Translations under genes and position numbers: made by a program
In this document: piece by piece, positions 34,725-49,592 of the stretch
How positions within the stretch are numbered: the first letter of the stretch is position 1
Layout of the letters: each line of letters begins with the position of its first letter
Origin: Camelus ferus
Taxonomy: Eukaryota
Assembly (NCBI RefSeq): GCF_009834535.1
Contig: NC_045696.1
Coordinates: 72,294,001-72,358,000, forward strand
Direction: 5' to 3'
DNA length: 64,000 bases
Notes under the pieces: generated by a model
Told to the model about the DNA's origin: nothing
The model's database searches: none
Seen by the model: the letters and a program-made list of their open reading frames with translations, nothing else

Positions 34725-37699
34725 TGGGGCTTGTTGTTGTTGACAGAACTCTGACAGACTTCTTACTTAGCTGCCTGGCAAGAGCTGTTTGGGGACCACT
34801 TATTTGCTTCCACTTCCCTTTCTCCTAGTTTGAAAGCCCCTGCCTTTTGCTGGCAGTGGCAGCAGTTTTCATCCTGGATTTGTGGGTCAAGGTTTTGGTT
34901 TTGGACTTTGGCCTCACTATCTAGTTAGACTGGTGCTCAGGCCTGGCTGGTCTAGAGACTTCCACTGAGACTTATCTGGGGTGGCTGGGGATGCAGTGCA
35001 GGGCAGGACAGGACTGGGGTAAAGCAAAGGTGGGGCGAGTAGAGCCCATGGGGCTGGGCTGCATGGAAAACTGACTCAGCTGGGCCCAGCGGTGGTAGAG
35101 CTGGTAGGTAGAAGAGGTAGGTGGCAGAGGTGCCACCTACCAACAGCTATGGGGGAAGTGGATTTAACTAAGTCATAGTCCTGGCTAACTAGCTGGGAGA
35201 CCCTGGACAAGTCGTGTATCCTCTCCCAGAAGATGACACTGGATGGCAATGCCAGCTGCTGCTTTCCTTCAAGCACTGACTCTGGCACTGTGCAGCTTCC
35301 AGCACCACAGGCATCGTCCCAACCAATTATAGCAGCAAACTCATGAGGAAGGTCCTATTCCTGCTCATTTTACAAAAGAAAAGATAGTAACTTAAAGAGG
35401 TTAAACAACTTGCCAAGACCACAGTGTTAGTAAGGAGCTGAGCTAGGATTTGATTCTAGGTGGCCTGAGTGCCTGTGCTCCTAACCACAATGCTATGCCC
35501 TTTCTGCCCCTCCCCCAATTCTGCTCAGTTCTTTGGCCTGTTATGGTTCAGCAGCAGCTCTAAGGGTTGGGCAGGACCATGTTCAGGCCATTTGTCTTTG
35601 GTGTGGCAGAACCTTCCTGGATACCTGTGGATTTATGCTCCTTAATTTTCCACCTCTGAGCTAAGGCCTCCCACGCTCTCCTAACGTGTGCAGGCAGCAA
35701 ATGTTCAGGTAGCAAGAGCACATTTCTACCAGAAGTGGTTTTATGTCAGTTTTGCTATCAGCATCTCCATATTTAGGGATAAAACTAGAAACAAAACCAA
35801 CTATGAGTTTCCCTAAGTGGGAAGCTTCTCTAAAATATTGTTATTAATTATTCATGTTAGCTGAGGTTGTTAAACTATTTCTTTCTTCTTGTAGACATAA
35901 GAAAAAGTAATTGCTCTGGCCTTCTCTCTTTTCTGATGTCTTGGCATGCCAAAGCCTGAGAAAACTTAACCCACAGAATGAGTAACACTTTGTAGCTACA
36001 GACTGGAAGTGCAATTGCCCAAGGTTGTGGAAATATTATTGCAACATGGGAGCCAGCCTCTTAGAAGAAGAGAGAGAGAGAGGCTGAGAGAGAGACAGAT
36101 CGAGAAAGAAGCCTACAGTTCTCTACTGAAAAAATTCTTTCCTCTTTAAAGTATTTAATTTGCCTTCGTTTAATGCAGCATAATATTGTAGTTATGATTT
36201 TCTTGGGTTTACACATTATATTGACAGGGCTCAGTAATCCCTGGGTTTGTGTAGTGTCCTCCCTAGAATTTTCATATTTTCATATTTATTATCACCACAT
36301 GTGTGTATGTGTGTGTGAGAGCCAGGATTAGAGAAATGTTTGTCTTGCCATTTACATAACAACTAAAATGAACTGATGCTGTTTCATAAAAGTTAGATTT
36401 CTGTGTCTCTGTAGTTGTTTACTTATAAGTTTATTTTGATCCCAATTACATCACTAGGAACCCTTCAGTACTATTTATCTAAATTACTTTTGGCTTCGTC
36501 TATGTTCTCTCTCTCATCTATTTGTATCCGGGTATAACTTAATCTTCTGCCTTTTTGTTTTCTTTCTGCCTAAGTGAAAAACAAGAATGCCGAGATTGCT
36601 CCACGACACACCTGTGCACTGTTGCAGAGGAGCTGATCTTGAGGGAAGGCTGGTTTTGCCACACAGGTGGTGACTGGGAGGCCTCAACAAGCCTCCAAAT
36701 AAAGAGGGGTTAAAAACAAAGCCCGGGTATGTGGAGGTGGAGGCTAGGATGGGGGGAAGGAAACACCTTTGACAAGAGTATTTAGCAGATGTTGCTTAAT
36801 TACTCTGAGTGCTAAATGGAATTAGAAAGCAAATGTCAAAGGGAAGTAGAATTTTAACGTGTGCACGCACACATACTCCCTCCTCTCCTCTCCCTCCTGA
36901 CTCTCTAAGGGGCACCCTTTCTACATTTTCTTTCTCATGTGGCTCCTGTTCCTTGATACCATGATAGAAAACGAAAGATTGAGAGACTCCATCCAGTTAA
37001 CTCCATGCACTTTTAGAGTCTCGGGTCAGAGGCGGACTGCTTCCAGATGGAGCTAATTTTTTCATTGGGGTTGAACTGCTTCTTTTTTCTCAACAGAATA
37101 TAATTGGTTTCAATTTTTTCACCAGACACTAAAGAAGAACTTAACACAATATAGTTACCATTGGCATTTTAGGTGCTAGTGCAGCAGGCAAAACAAGGGA
37201 TTTAGATTTTGAAGTTTTGGAACACAAACTCAAATGCTTTGTCAGATTGTTTGCTGTTGTTTGTTGTTGTATGTATAACTGGACCCTATATGGCTTAGAT
37301 TAGAATAGGGATAAATGTGAGTCATTTAATAATATTTCTGCTTTCTACTTTCTGTCTAGAGCACAGAGTATGCCCCATTCACTGTTTTGTTTGTTTGCTT
37401 CTGTTTTTTTCCAGAAGGAATATTAGCATTAGGAGGCTTGTCAACTATTTACTACCATTTAGCCATCTACTTAACTCAGCTTTTTCATCTATAAAATAGG
37501 AATGATTCTTTAATGTTGTGACAAATGGATAGTGGCCAATAAAGAAAGGGGTAGTTTCAATCTGTAAAATAGCATACAAAGAATTTTAACCTTAAAAAAT
37601 TAGATATCTTTACAATATTAAAGAAATGGTCATTTGAAAACATTCTCTTCCAGTAACCAAGAAATGTACCTGAAAGAATCATGACATTATATTTGGTGG

Positions 37700-38310
37700 T
37701 TATTTATGAGATTGGCAAAGATAAAAATATCGACCACATGTAGAGTTTATGAGAATGCAGGTATATTGAATCAACTTTTCTGCAAACTATAGTGTCAGTA
37801 TATTTCAAAATTTAGAATGGTCATACCTTCTGATGAAGTGACTCCTTTTCTAGAAATTTATTCACAGGAGAAAATCAGAAAGGTATTCAAAGATGTATTT
37901 ATAAGCTTGTTCATCTTAGCTTCATTAAAAACACTGAAAAGTGAGAAATAAGCCACATGCCCACTAATAGGAAATTATTTAAACAAATTATGACATGCCC
38001 CCAAATGGAATAATACTCATCCTCCTGTTCAAAGGAGGACGTAATTCTATACTTATTGATATGGAGAAATATCTAGAAAATGTTAAGTGAAAAATAAACC
38101 ATGGAACTATATGTTTAATATTATTCCAATTCCATGGATAGATTTATACTTATTTTATACATATAAAAATCTATTTGTATATAATGGTCTTTGGAAGAAG
38201 GGACTGTTGGAGAAAGACTTTCAATTTGTATTTTATACAGTTTTGACTTGCTTAAAAATATTTTTTATGGTGAGTGGTGTTATGTTTTATAATCAGCCAA
38301 AACAATAATA
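37700..38310 (+). mobile_element. L1ME-like 3' fragment
   Basis: gagattggcaaagat...ctagaaatttatt...aaacaaattatg. Confidence 0.6.
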
Positions 38311-41300
38311 ATAAAGAAGAAAGAAGAACCCAAGGGGCACTCAAATAAAAGAAACTGAATTTTACTGCTTCTCCTAATTTGTCTCATTTGTAATAGGACC
38401 TACTGAATTGGATACACTCAACTTCTGATCAGTTAAGTAGGTACACAGGCTTAGGCTATTTACAATGGACTAAAGAAACAGTAAAAGATAAACAAGTATG
38501 AGATAAACAGCATGAAAATATGATATAAATTGGTGGGGACTGTGCCATAAATAACACACTAGTCTATTTAATGAAATAATATATGACAGGCACCTGATGA
38601 GCTTGTGAACTGAGTATCATGTAAAAATAAGGTCATTGAATGTTAGAGTAAACGATAGGGGCCACCGCCGGGGGATGACAGGCACTGTATTCAATGCTGT
38701 GGGAAGTATGATTTCTCTCTCCAACCTCTTTTCTTTCTGAGAGACCCAGTGGTGGGCATTAGAGACTTTCAGTCTACTTTGCTTTTATTTTGGACTGAGA
38801 CCTAGATGCTATCATGTAAAAATATCCCTGCTAATGCATATTAAGATGTGACATGCTTCCTTTTTTTATTTTGTACGCCTTTGTATCATTAACCTGAGAG
38901 GAAAAAAAAGAACTCATATCCCTATGTGTAACTAAAAACCTCCCGGTGGGATTTGTTTAGTGTGAGAGAGTGATTAGTAATTTTTAGTGATTAGTAATTT
39001 TCTCCCTCAGGTGGTTTTTCTGCATTCCTGTAAAGATCGTGTACACAACAGGGCTGCCAAGAGAGAAGAAAAGGCTCAGGCAGAAAATACCACGCTTTGG
39101 AAAACAGTATGTGTGTGTGCGTGTGCATGTGTGCGTTTTAAACAACTATTTTAGTTACTTTGACTAATAAAGTGCTTTGATTTGGAATCATTATTTTTAT
39201 GTATTATATAATCTCTGGTCTTGCAAAAAGTTCCATTATGCAATCATTTTATATACAGGAATATCTCGCGTTTCTATCCATTTACAACCTGTCTCCCTCA
39301 CACCCTTTCTATTCCCCCACTGGTTTTGTAAAGCAAGCAATTTTAAAAAATCTTAGCTTAAGGAGGCCTCAGGACTTTTTTGCAGTTTTTTTAGGGCCCA
39401 CTGTGGAAATCACAGGATTGAGGCAGGAGTTTAGCTTTCTAATTAACAAAAGGGAAAAATGACTGCAGAGGTCTATAATGAGAGCTCCGGGAAGGATGGC
39501 CATTTTTTAGTGCCTCTGCAGGTCAACCCCAATCCACTTCCCAATAAACTGGGCCTTCACATGAACTCACACACAGCCCGACAGTTGGCTTGCCAGCAAG
39601 AGTGTGTGGTTGTTTTTCTTTTTGCCACTCCCTGGGGATTGAAGTTATTTAGCACAAAGATTAAGCAACCTGTGTGGCCTCAGGATTTTTCCACTTGAAT
39701 GTTTCATAATTTTTTTTTTTGCATATTCATAGACACATATACTGAGTCCAGTGATCTCTTTAGTAACTTTCAGCGCCTCAGAATGTTGCTCCATGAACCT
39801 ATGCAAATGATGCACTGTTTGAATTACTCCTTGGTTTCTAAGGCTAAAGTTGGCAGCTAGGACAGTAAGTGAAATAAGCTTGAAAGTTGAGAATTAATGC
39901 ACTTATGCTAACAAAATCAAATAATTTGCTGGCCAACCTTACCCAGCTGGTGAACTTAGTCATGTCTTTCATTACATCATCATCACTGTCGCTGGTGTCA
40001 TCATTGTCTCAGACATCTATTGCACTTTGCAGTTACAAGCACTTTATCATGCATTGCCTTATTTGGTCATTATGGCAGTTCTTTGAGGTCCAGGAGGGTG
40101 TTGATTGTTTCACCATCTTAGATATGAAGATGCTGAGTCTCTGAAACCTCACATCTAGCATCAGAGCAAGGAGGAGAATCTAGACTTTTTAATTTGAAAC
40201 TCTGAACTCTTTCTGAAGTACCTCAGGATGGGCTCTGGGAGCGGTACACCAAGGACATTAACTCTGACTGAGATCCTAGCCTGCCTTGAACTCTGATCTT
40301 GAGCATAGACTGAGCATACCTTTAGAATACAAGCCATGGCTTTGAACGGACGAATGAGTCATTCTGAGCTTCGGTATAATGATCTAAGAAAATAGAATTT
40401 CCCCCTCTTTTGTAAACTGGCCATGTGATGGTACAGGAAGATGTTCTGACAAGCCTGAGGTGTCACCTTGTGAGGTCCTTCCCAGAGACTGTTAAATGCA
40501 ATGGGTAAACTGCCCGCCTCCCAACCCCCCAGCCCTATCTCCATGGATACAAACATTGAACTTGCTCTCTTCAGTTCTCTAAACCTGAGTGTGAATGGGA
40601 GTTCCAAATTGGCTGTCCTTAGTCACTCAGAACGGCAGGAAGCATTTAAATTTTCACCATGTTAAAGGAACCAAAAATATAGGTGAGTGGGATTACTCAC
40701 GGCTGGGGAAGAGGCAAAGGTGGATGACTTTCTGTCGCCCTGGCTGGAGACCCTGGATAAACTGAAACACACCTTGTATTTAACCACATCTACCATCCCC
40801 CGCCCCACACCCATCACCTAGTTACTGCACCAGGACTGTAAGCTATTGTGCACTCCGGAGAGAAGAAAGGAGCCAGGGGTAGAGTAGGGGCTCAGAACAA
40901 AAGCTAGAACCAGAGAGCATTCAGATACTCCAGAAGAGAGGCAGAGACTTTTTCACTAGACTGTGAGCAACTCTAACAGGGAAACACATTCTATTTATTT
41001 TTATATTTCTTAAGTCTAGTGAGGCACATAGTAGGAACTGCTCATTAATATTTGTTAAAGGAATAATAATAAACTGATGTGGATCTTTACTAACATCACC
41101 CGCTATTTCCTCTATGGGTCAGGCTCCCAATTTAAACTGCCGGCCCTGCCTGATGCCAAAAGAATCGCCACTTCTGACCTTGTTCCCATTTGTGGACCCC
41201 TAGACTCTGACTGGCTTTGGGGGCAGCTTGAGCCCCCAGCCCTGCCTTCTATTTTATGCTGCCTGCACTGAGGTTCTGATGGAATCCTTGTCAGGTAGCC

Positions 41301-41489
41301 TGTTTCAAAATTTCTCTTCATTTAGTTATAATAAAACCCACATTGTTCTGGAAAATTGTAGGCCCTTTTAGAAAACTATTTGTGAAACAAATGATTTTTG
41401 TAACAACACGAGACTCCACATATGTGGTGGTGGTTTAACCAAAATTTTAGGTCTCATAAGTCCTGGCAAAGAAGTAAAAAATTTAGTTT

Positions 41490-42060
41490 TTTGGAAATAA
41501 CTTGGTAGTATCTGTCAAAAAAAAAAGTGTAAACACTTTGATCCAGTAATTTCAATTCCAGAAATCTAACTTACAAAAATACATGTGTGCAAGGGTATAA
41601 TTGCAAAGATGCTTAATGCTACATCATTTGTAATTATAAAAAACAGAAGCCACTGTAAGACCATTAGCAAGGAAACTGGTAAATAAATTATGGTGTATCC
41701 ATACTGGAAAAGAATATTGTATAGTGAAGTAAAAGGAATTAGGGAAATCCAGGATAATTTTTAGATTTAATATACGAGGGGCTGAATAATTTGCTTAGTA
41801 TGATCACATTGTTTTAAAAAACCTACATATAAGTGTATATATACGTATATATGTGTATATGCATAATGTATTATCATGTATAATAAAATGTTGCACATAT
41901 ATTATCATGTATGTACACACACTGATATACGTATTTTCTATTTGTCTGTACTCATATATATATATATTTATATTTATATTTGTGTATATTTGCATAGAGA
42001 AAGGTCTAAAAGGATACACACCAACTGGTTAAGAATGGATATCCATTGAGAGATGAAATG
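41490..42060 (+). mobile_element. L1ME-like 3' fragment
   Basis: tttgatccagtaattt...ggtaaataaattatggtgtatccatac. Confidence 0.6.
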
Positions 42061-45000
42061 GAATAGAATAATTATATAGTTAGCTGATCATCTACAGGTC
42101 TAATATCTTCCCTTTCCTTCTGCATTTTGGACCCTGTATCTCATGGGAAGATGAAATGAAATAATGATTAGCTTGGTTATATATTTCTTAGCATTTGTGC
42201 CTATGCCTCTTTTCTCCCTTATGGCCTGTGTGTGTGTAAATTGAAATTATTGTGAAACTGTTGGTGAAGCTGAGGTGGTAGATTAGCGTTCATGTATCTA
42301 TTTTTTCTTGTTTCCCTTGATTTTATCATCATAGATAATGCATACAGCCAGGAGTATGTAAAAGATATTTTAAAATGTGAGTGATGTATAATTTCCAAGG
42401 GTTTTATAATAGAATGCAGATGAATCCTCTCTCAGGTTCAGAGACAGCCTTGGGCAAATGATAAGAAAGAAGTGGGCTGTTTGGTACTTCCCCTTTCAGT
42501 GCCCCTACTCTCTTGTCATGAATGGCAGAGATTTTCAAGCAGACCTAAGTATAAATGTCAATTCCATCAGTCACCAACCATTTAGTCTTCGAAAGCCTTA
42601 GTTTTCTCCTTACACAATAGTATCCATCTAGTAGGGCTTTTGTGAGGAATAAGTGAGGTATCATGTGTGAAAATGCCTAGTTCACATTGCAGATGCTCAA
42701 TAACTGTTTTCTTCCTTCTGATCCTTATTTTAATGATTCTCCCCAAAATGTGTTTGCGTTTTGCTGTTCTCAGAGCATTTGAATCTGCACCAGTGCCGTA
42801 TAGTTTAGGAATGTCTGCAGCTATGTCACCTCTTTCCCCGCCCCTCCCTGACTCTGTTCCCCCTTTTTCCTCCTCATTCTTCCCTCCTCAGTCACTTCCT
42901 CTTGCTTTCTTCTCTTTTGCCTTTCACCTATTTCACTTGTTTTGCCCTTTTCTAATTCCATACCTTTTTATCTTCTACTTCTCCATTTATTTCCTAAGAC
43001 TATTGGGAGAGACATGTGGTGGACAGAGAAGAAAGAAACAGTACAGAATGGGAATAAAACCCTCTTCCTCCTTCACACTTGAGCCACACTGGATTTCTCC
43101 CAGTTCCCCAAATCATGCTTTGTCATACCACCATGTCTTTGCACATGCTGTTCCTTCTTTACCTTTCTCAACTTTACCTGGCAAAATTCAAGTTGTGCTT
43201 CAGTTCTCAGAGGCATTACCTCCAGGGGGCCTTGGTTCTGGGCATCTACTATGTCAGATGCTTATGCTCACTGTGCCCACAGTGCTCCATGCTTCCCAGA
43301 CCAAAATACTGACACTACTAAACTGTAATTGCTTATTTAACAGTCTCTCTTTCCTGCTATGCTATACTGTAAACTTTCATGCACAAGGATGTGTTTCACT
43401 TGTTTGTTTTTGCATTTCTAGTTCTTGGCACTTGGTAGGTATTTGCTGAAAGGAGCTGTAACTTGATGTGTTCATTGACAAGATTCTGGGAGAGCCAGCC
43501 TAGTTTTTCTCCAGCTGAATTCTAGTCTGTGACCTCTTTCTTGTTCTTACATGAAAGTTTTGGCCCACAATCTTGAGTAGCCCAAATAAAAGCATGAAAA
43601 ATCATCAAATAATATCTGTGCCTATTTCATTGCAATAAATTTCCAAACCCCCTTAGTCTGGGAGTAAAGGCTCCAAATGAACTTTTCAGCTCCTTTTCCC
43701 TCCAGGAATCTGATGATACAGTCACAAAAATCTGCCAGCTATCTTTACTTTCTTGTCCTTGCTCATGTAGTTTTCTCAACTTGCAGGGTTGATTTTTCAC
43801 ATTATTTGCCTATGAAAAGTCTTCTTATCCTCCAAGCTACAGTTCAAATAAGGGTTCTTACTTCTTGGAGTTATTGTGAGAGATATATATAAATGAGATA
43901 TATAAATGAGATAAATTCCATAAATGCATACATAGCACAGCGGTTGCTGTGGAGTAAGCCCTTCAAAAAGATTAGCTATTAACATCTTTTCTCAACCAGA
44001 CTTTAAGCTCAGAGAGAGTGAGAACTGTGTTTATATTATTTATATCTATACCCTAAGCACCCAGCATAAGGCTGAATATACAATAAGTGCTCAAGAAATG
44101 ATTGCTGAATAAATAAAGTGATAAATGGTCCAAATGATCATCCAATAGGGCAGACCAGTAAATGCAGCATTTCTACCCCTAGGCAAAGCCAGTTACCAGG
44201 GTATGGTGGGTTTATCCACATGAATTATTGATAACACCTCTAGTTGTTAAGATACCTAGATACAACTGAAAAGACTTTCCTTGAATCACCAATAAATGAT
44301 TGGTTAAATGTGCCTAGATGCTACAAAAGCAAAACAATATGTGGATTTCTTTGGTTAGCCAAAGGTTCTATTTGAATATGGAAATGTTAGGTTAGAATGA
44401 TTAAAGGAGATTTCATGTTTAATCTGGTCTGGTTCACCAGGACCATACAAATAGTCAACTATAGAAATCCTGCTTCCTCCCATTCTCCCACCTTAGTGTT
44501 TAAAGCCAATGTTAACAGTGAAAATCAAATATTCTGAGGTTTTGTTTGTTTGTTTGTTTTTGTGTGTTGAATTCACGTAGAGGAAGTCTGAAGTGGTCAA
44601 CTGATTGTTTTAACTAAATTGAACAGAGTGCTAGAAAGATCTTGAAATATTATAGTTTTAGTTTGACGAAAAGTCCATGTAAAATAAAAGTATATTTTGA
44701 ATGTAAAATATTACTTTGGCAGCATAGTCATACTTGTATGCAAAAGGTCAGAACTTACAGAGTAGTTTATAACCCAGTCTGCAGTATTTTGGGATAATAT
44801 GGCTTCCAAGTACAATTACATGTGGTCTTTCTGCCAATTCTTTTCTTATTCCACTTCCTTCTACATTTCTTTTCCTTTTCCCATTCTCCCTTCTTGTGAA
44901 TGATAGATAGCCTTATAACACCAGATTTCAGAAAGAGAAGCATTAAAAATTAAATTTAGAATGGTGTAGTCCTTCCTAGTGGTGGCTTTCACTTCTAACA

Positions 45001-46379
45001 ATAAGCAAAAACCTTGGATTTAAGATGATCACCACACCTGGCACACCAAACAAATAAAAATTAACAGCAAATAAGAAGCAGCCCTAAGACCTCTGAGACT
45101 AAGCAGTAGTGTCTCCCTGAGCTGATCATCTGGGCAGTCAGAAGCCCTCACAATTTCACCGAATGCTATGACAAGCTAGAAGAAGCAGGTGAGCCCTCTG
45201 CTTCTTCCTGCACTGGGGGTTATGGAGAAGATGACTCACACTTGCTGGTGTTTGGGCATGGCTCTGGAAATCTCAAGTTATTCCTGTTCTAGAGACTATG
45301 GAAAGAGGTAAACCAATTTGTGTAGACATATGACTGCTTCTCAAGGTGGAGGTCCATTCTCATCTTCTCTGAGATGTCAAAAATGCCTGTGAGGCTTCTG
45401 AGACCTTGCCCTTTCCCTGGGCTCTGGATTTCCAGTGAAGCCCAGTGCTGTGGAAAGACAGCACAGCTGTCTTCTGGTTGGGCTACTACTACTAGTCATT
45501 CACCCTTCCTATCACCATTACTAACCCATCAACCTGTCAAGCCCAGGAAGGGAATCTCAACAGCATCAAGTAGACCTCACCTTATCCTTTTGTTAGCTGT
45601 GTTTTTCTTTGTTGCTCTAGTGGGGGCCCTGATCTTAGGAACACTGGCACATATGTAGAAAGGCTGTCACTATATCCCAATAACCTCTGAGAAAATGAGT
45701 TGACATTAATAGCAATAACTCACATTTCAGTGGGTAATTTTAATGTTCTCATGTAGCACAAGTCTTTAAACCCTCTGTTCAAAATCATTCTCATTTACTT
45801 CTGGTATTACTCAGTTGCTTCTCAGTTACTTTATGGGGGCTTCCATGAGCTCATGAGCACTTCTATCCAGTTCTGCTCTAGACCCCCTTTTTGATGCCTG
45901 TGGGCATCAAAGCCAAATGTGTGAAGCCAAGTAAGAGTGATTCTTTTTTTTGCTAATCTTCAGGAGAATGTTGATGCTTTTCTAGTAAATGCCAAGGTTG
46001 AAAACTTGTGAAATGCCAAAACAGTACCTCACTTAGCTTCCATTTCACTGGAACCACACAGCCTCACATAGTAATTAGAATAAAGCTCCTCTTTCTCAGT
46101 ATATTGCCTTTTGTTACCTGGTTATGAGAAAAAACACTACCTGTGCTCCAATGTCTCAGTTCTCAAGAAAACAACTCTTTTGTTTTCTGACTGAAGCCTT
46201 GTTTTTCACAAGGCCCAGAGCTGGTATTCTGGGCTGAGTAAAAGAAACAGTCTTTTCTTTATCTTTCCATATCTTGCTCTACATGTCTACACCAAAACCT
46301 TTCCTTATGGACCTTTGGCTCCTGTTGGTACGCTTACATTTTGGGGGCATTCCTTCGCTCTTTTAAGGAGACTCCCAAC

Positions 46380-46535
46380 CCCTGTCACCTGGCCACATCT
46401 AGTTGCAAGGGAGGCTGAGTAGATGTGGTCTTTATTCCATGTGTTAATGCACCTAGCCAACAATAAGTATTCTGCTAAAATAAAAAGGAGGAGGAGAATG
46501 CATTTTGGCACAGACAACCAGCAACCTCTGTTACA
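46380..46535 (-). mobile_element. MLT1-type (MaLR) LTR fragment
   Basis: Minus strand reads cagcctcccttgcaactagatgtggcca. Confidence 0.65.
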
Positions 46536-47189
46536 GGTTTTAACACACTTTTCCAGTTTTTTCTCCTACCATTCACCCGTGTAAGTACATCTTGTGTGGA
46601 AAACTCCTAGTTTGCTTGCTGGTCTAAATATGGTACAACTTTTCCCACTTCTGTGTCCTTGCTCATCATGTTCCCTCATTTGAAATGCCTCTGGACTCCT
46701 TTTCTTGTTCTAAGTTCTCATCCTTAAGGCTCAAATTGGAGCTTTGCCCCTACATAAATTTTCTTCTAGATTCCAGTGCTCTTGTCTATACCATTCATGG
46801 CAATGTTCACCTTTTAAAATATACACCCTATGCCTTCCTTTTAAGCCTGTCAGTGCAAAGAATAATAGACTTTCTGAAGCAAAAAAACTAGCATGATGCC
46901 TTACTGACAGTCAGTGCTTGGCAATTATTTTTGTTGTTGCTGATAACCTAGGCTAAGGTTTGCTGAGGAGTATTAAGGGTTATGTAATAGATCTGGACTG
47001 AGAATAGTTGAGTCAAGTCATGGGACTATGCTATCTCTATACCTCTCGTCTAAGAATACAAACAATACTGGGAGCATTCATTCATTACAGTGGAGTAAGG
47101 AGAAGGATTAAGGAGTCTCAAAAATTATTGTAACCTTAATCCAAAAATTAAGCCCTATTATTTTTGAATAACATCAGAATTGGGATAAT

Positions 47190-48230
47190 ATATTTTTATT
47201 TTTTCAAATTGGTAATACATTCATGTGTTTTATTTTAAACACAAAATATATAAAAGCTATTTATTAAAAGACTGTTTTCCTTCCTTGCCCTCATCCAAAC
47301 ATCCCTATCCCTCTGATAAGTAACCACTATTATTGATCCTAAATATATCCTATCAGATATATTTCTTAACGCAAATAGAAGCCAATGTAAATATATATAT
47401 ACTCCTTTTCTGTCTCATTTTACTCCCATATATTAATATACTACACACACTTTACTTTTCATCATATAACTTAGAGATTTTTCCACATCTATACGAGTCA
47501 TTTCTCAATTCTGTTTTTACATTTACATAGTATTCCATTGTGTGCATGTACCATACTTTATTTAATCAGTCCCCTGTTGATGAACATTTAAGCTGTTGCC
47601 AAATTTTTTCCATTACAACAGTGCTCAGATAATATTCTTAAACTTAATTCATTTTGTATTTGTATATATGTAGCATAAATTCCTAGAAGTAGATTATCTG
47701 GGTCAATAGGATATGTATTTGAAGCTTTAGCAAGATACTGTCTGATAGCCCTCCCTAAGAATTCTACCAATTAATACTCTCACCAGTAACATATAGAAGT
47801 ATTTTTATGCAGTCTTGCCAACATGGGCTGCTTCTTCTCCCTCTCCTTCTCCTTCTTCTTCTTCCCTATTTAAGAACCATGTCTATTTTCTTTTCTATGA
47901 ATCCTCTGTATATCTTTGTGAACTTTTTAATCAGATAAATGATCTTTCATTTACTCATGGATTTGTAGGTACTCTTTATATATGTGAGAGATTAGCTATC
48001 TGTCTAAGTTTCCAGTAGCAAATATTTTTGCCTAATTGTTATTTGTTTTTTCATATGGCTTATTTTTTTCCCCCAGAAATTTTTTTTTTTTAACTCTTAC
48101 AAAGCGGATCTTATCACTCTTTTCTTCCATGACTTCTTAATTTTCTAAGTTAGAAAGGCTTTTAATACTCAAGGTTATAATTTTCTCAAATTTTTCATTT
48201 ATTTATTTTACATTGAACTATTGAATTTAT
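47190..48230 (-). mobile_element. Old L1 (L1ME/MD-like) 3' fragment
   Basis: tagtattccattgtgtgcatgtaccat...cccctgttgatgaacattt. Confidence 0.7.
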
Positions 48231-48282
48231 TTAAAATTTTAGGTTCCCTTTTAGGCCATCTCAAGCAGACATGTCCTTAGGA

Positions 48283-48484
48283 TAGGGTTGCTAGATTTTA
48301 CAAAGAAAAATACAAATACCCCATTAAATTTGAATTTCAGAAAAAGAACGTCATTTTTTAGTACAGTTATGTCCCATGTAATATTGGGAGCTTTACTGGG
48401 GACATACTTATACTAAATAATGACTCACTGTTTATCTGAAATTCTAATTTAACTGGGCATCCTGTATTTTATCTTGCAACCCTA
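48283..48484. mobile_element. MER53-like palindromic hAT MITE
   Basis: Terminal inverted repeats tagggttgctaga / tcttgcaacccta and near-palindromic interior. Confidence 0.85.
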
Positions 48485-48521
48485 GGTTGGAAGGCATTGG
48501 CCTCTCTGCTTAGACACTTTA

Positions 48522-49592
48522 TTATTTATTTATTTATAAAATAAAATAAAAATTTTTAATTGAAGCATAGTTGCTGTACAATATATGTTACAGGTGTACA
48601 ATATAGTGATTCACAGTTTTTAAAGTTTATACTCCATTTACAGTTATTATAAAATATTGGCTATATTCTTTGTGTTGCACAATATATCCTTCTAGCTTAT
48701 TTTCTACCTAACAGTTTGTATCTCTTACTCTTCTAACCTTATGCTGCCTTTTCTCTCTCCACTGGTAGTTTGTTCTCTATATCTCTGAGTCCGCTTCTTT
48801 TTTGTTATATTTTTTGTTGAATTTTTTAGATTCTACATATAAGTGATATACAGCATTTATCTTTCTCTGTCTGACTTATTTCACTACCATAATGCCCTCC
48901 AAGTCCAACCATGTTGCTGCAAATGGCAAAATTCTGTTCTTTTTTATAGCTGAGTAGTGTTCCATTGTATATAAATACACCACATCTTTAGCCATTCATC
49001 TGTTGATGGATAGTAAGGTTGTTTCCATATTTTGGTAATTGTAAATAATGCTGCTATGAATGCTGGAGTGCATGTATCTTATTGAATTAGTGTTTTCGTT
49101 TTTTTTTTTTTTTAGATATATACCCAGGAGTGGAATTTCTGGATCATATAATAGTTCTATTTTTGGTTTTTTTGAGAAAATTCCATACTGTTTTCTACAG
49201 AGGCTGCACCAATTTACATTCCTACCAACAGAGTATGAAGATTCCCTTTTCTCCACATTTTCACTAACATTTGTTATTTGTGTTTTTTTTTAATGGTAGC
49301 CTTTCTGACAAGTGTGAGGTGACATCTCATTGTGGTTTTGATTTGCATTTTCCTGATGATTAGTGATGTTGAGCATCTTTTCCTGTGCCTGTTGGCCATC
49401 TGCATTCCTTCTTTGGAAAGATGTCTGTTCAGGTCTTCTGCTCATTTCTCAATTGGGTTGTTTGTTTTTTTGATGCTGAGTTGCATGAGCTGTTTATGTA
49501 TGTTGGATATTAATCCCTTATCAGTCATATCATTTGCAGATATCTTCTCCCATTCAGTAGGTTGTCTTTTTGTTTTGTTGATGGTTTCCTTC
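48522..49592 (-). mobile_element. 5'-truncated L1 with 16-bp TSD
   Basis: TSD ctgcttaga(c/t)acttta at 48506-48521 and 49593-49608; ORF2 C-terminus. Confidence 0.92.

Noticed and set aside
42667..43449. Longest ORF in the track (260 aa)
   Set aside because: GTG start; it spans a MIR end, pyrimidine-rich low-complexity sequence and an L2 remnant. No domain is recognisable.
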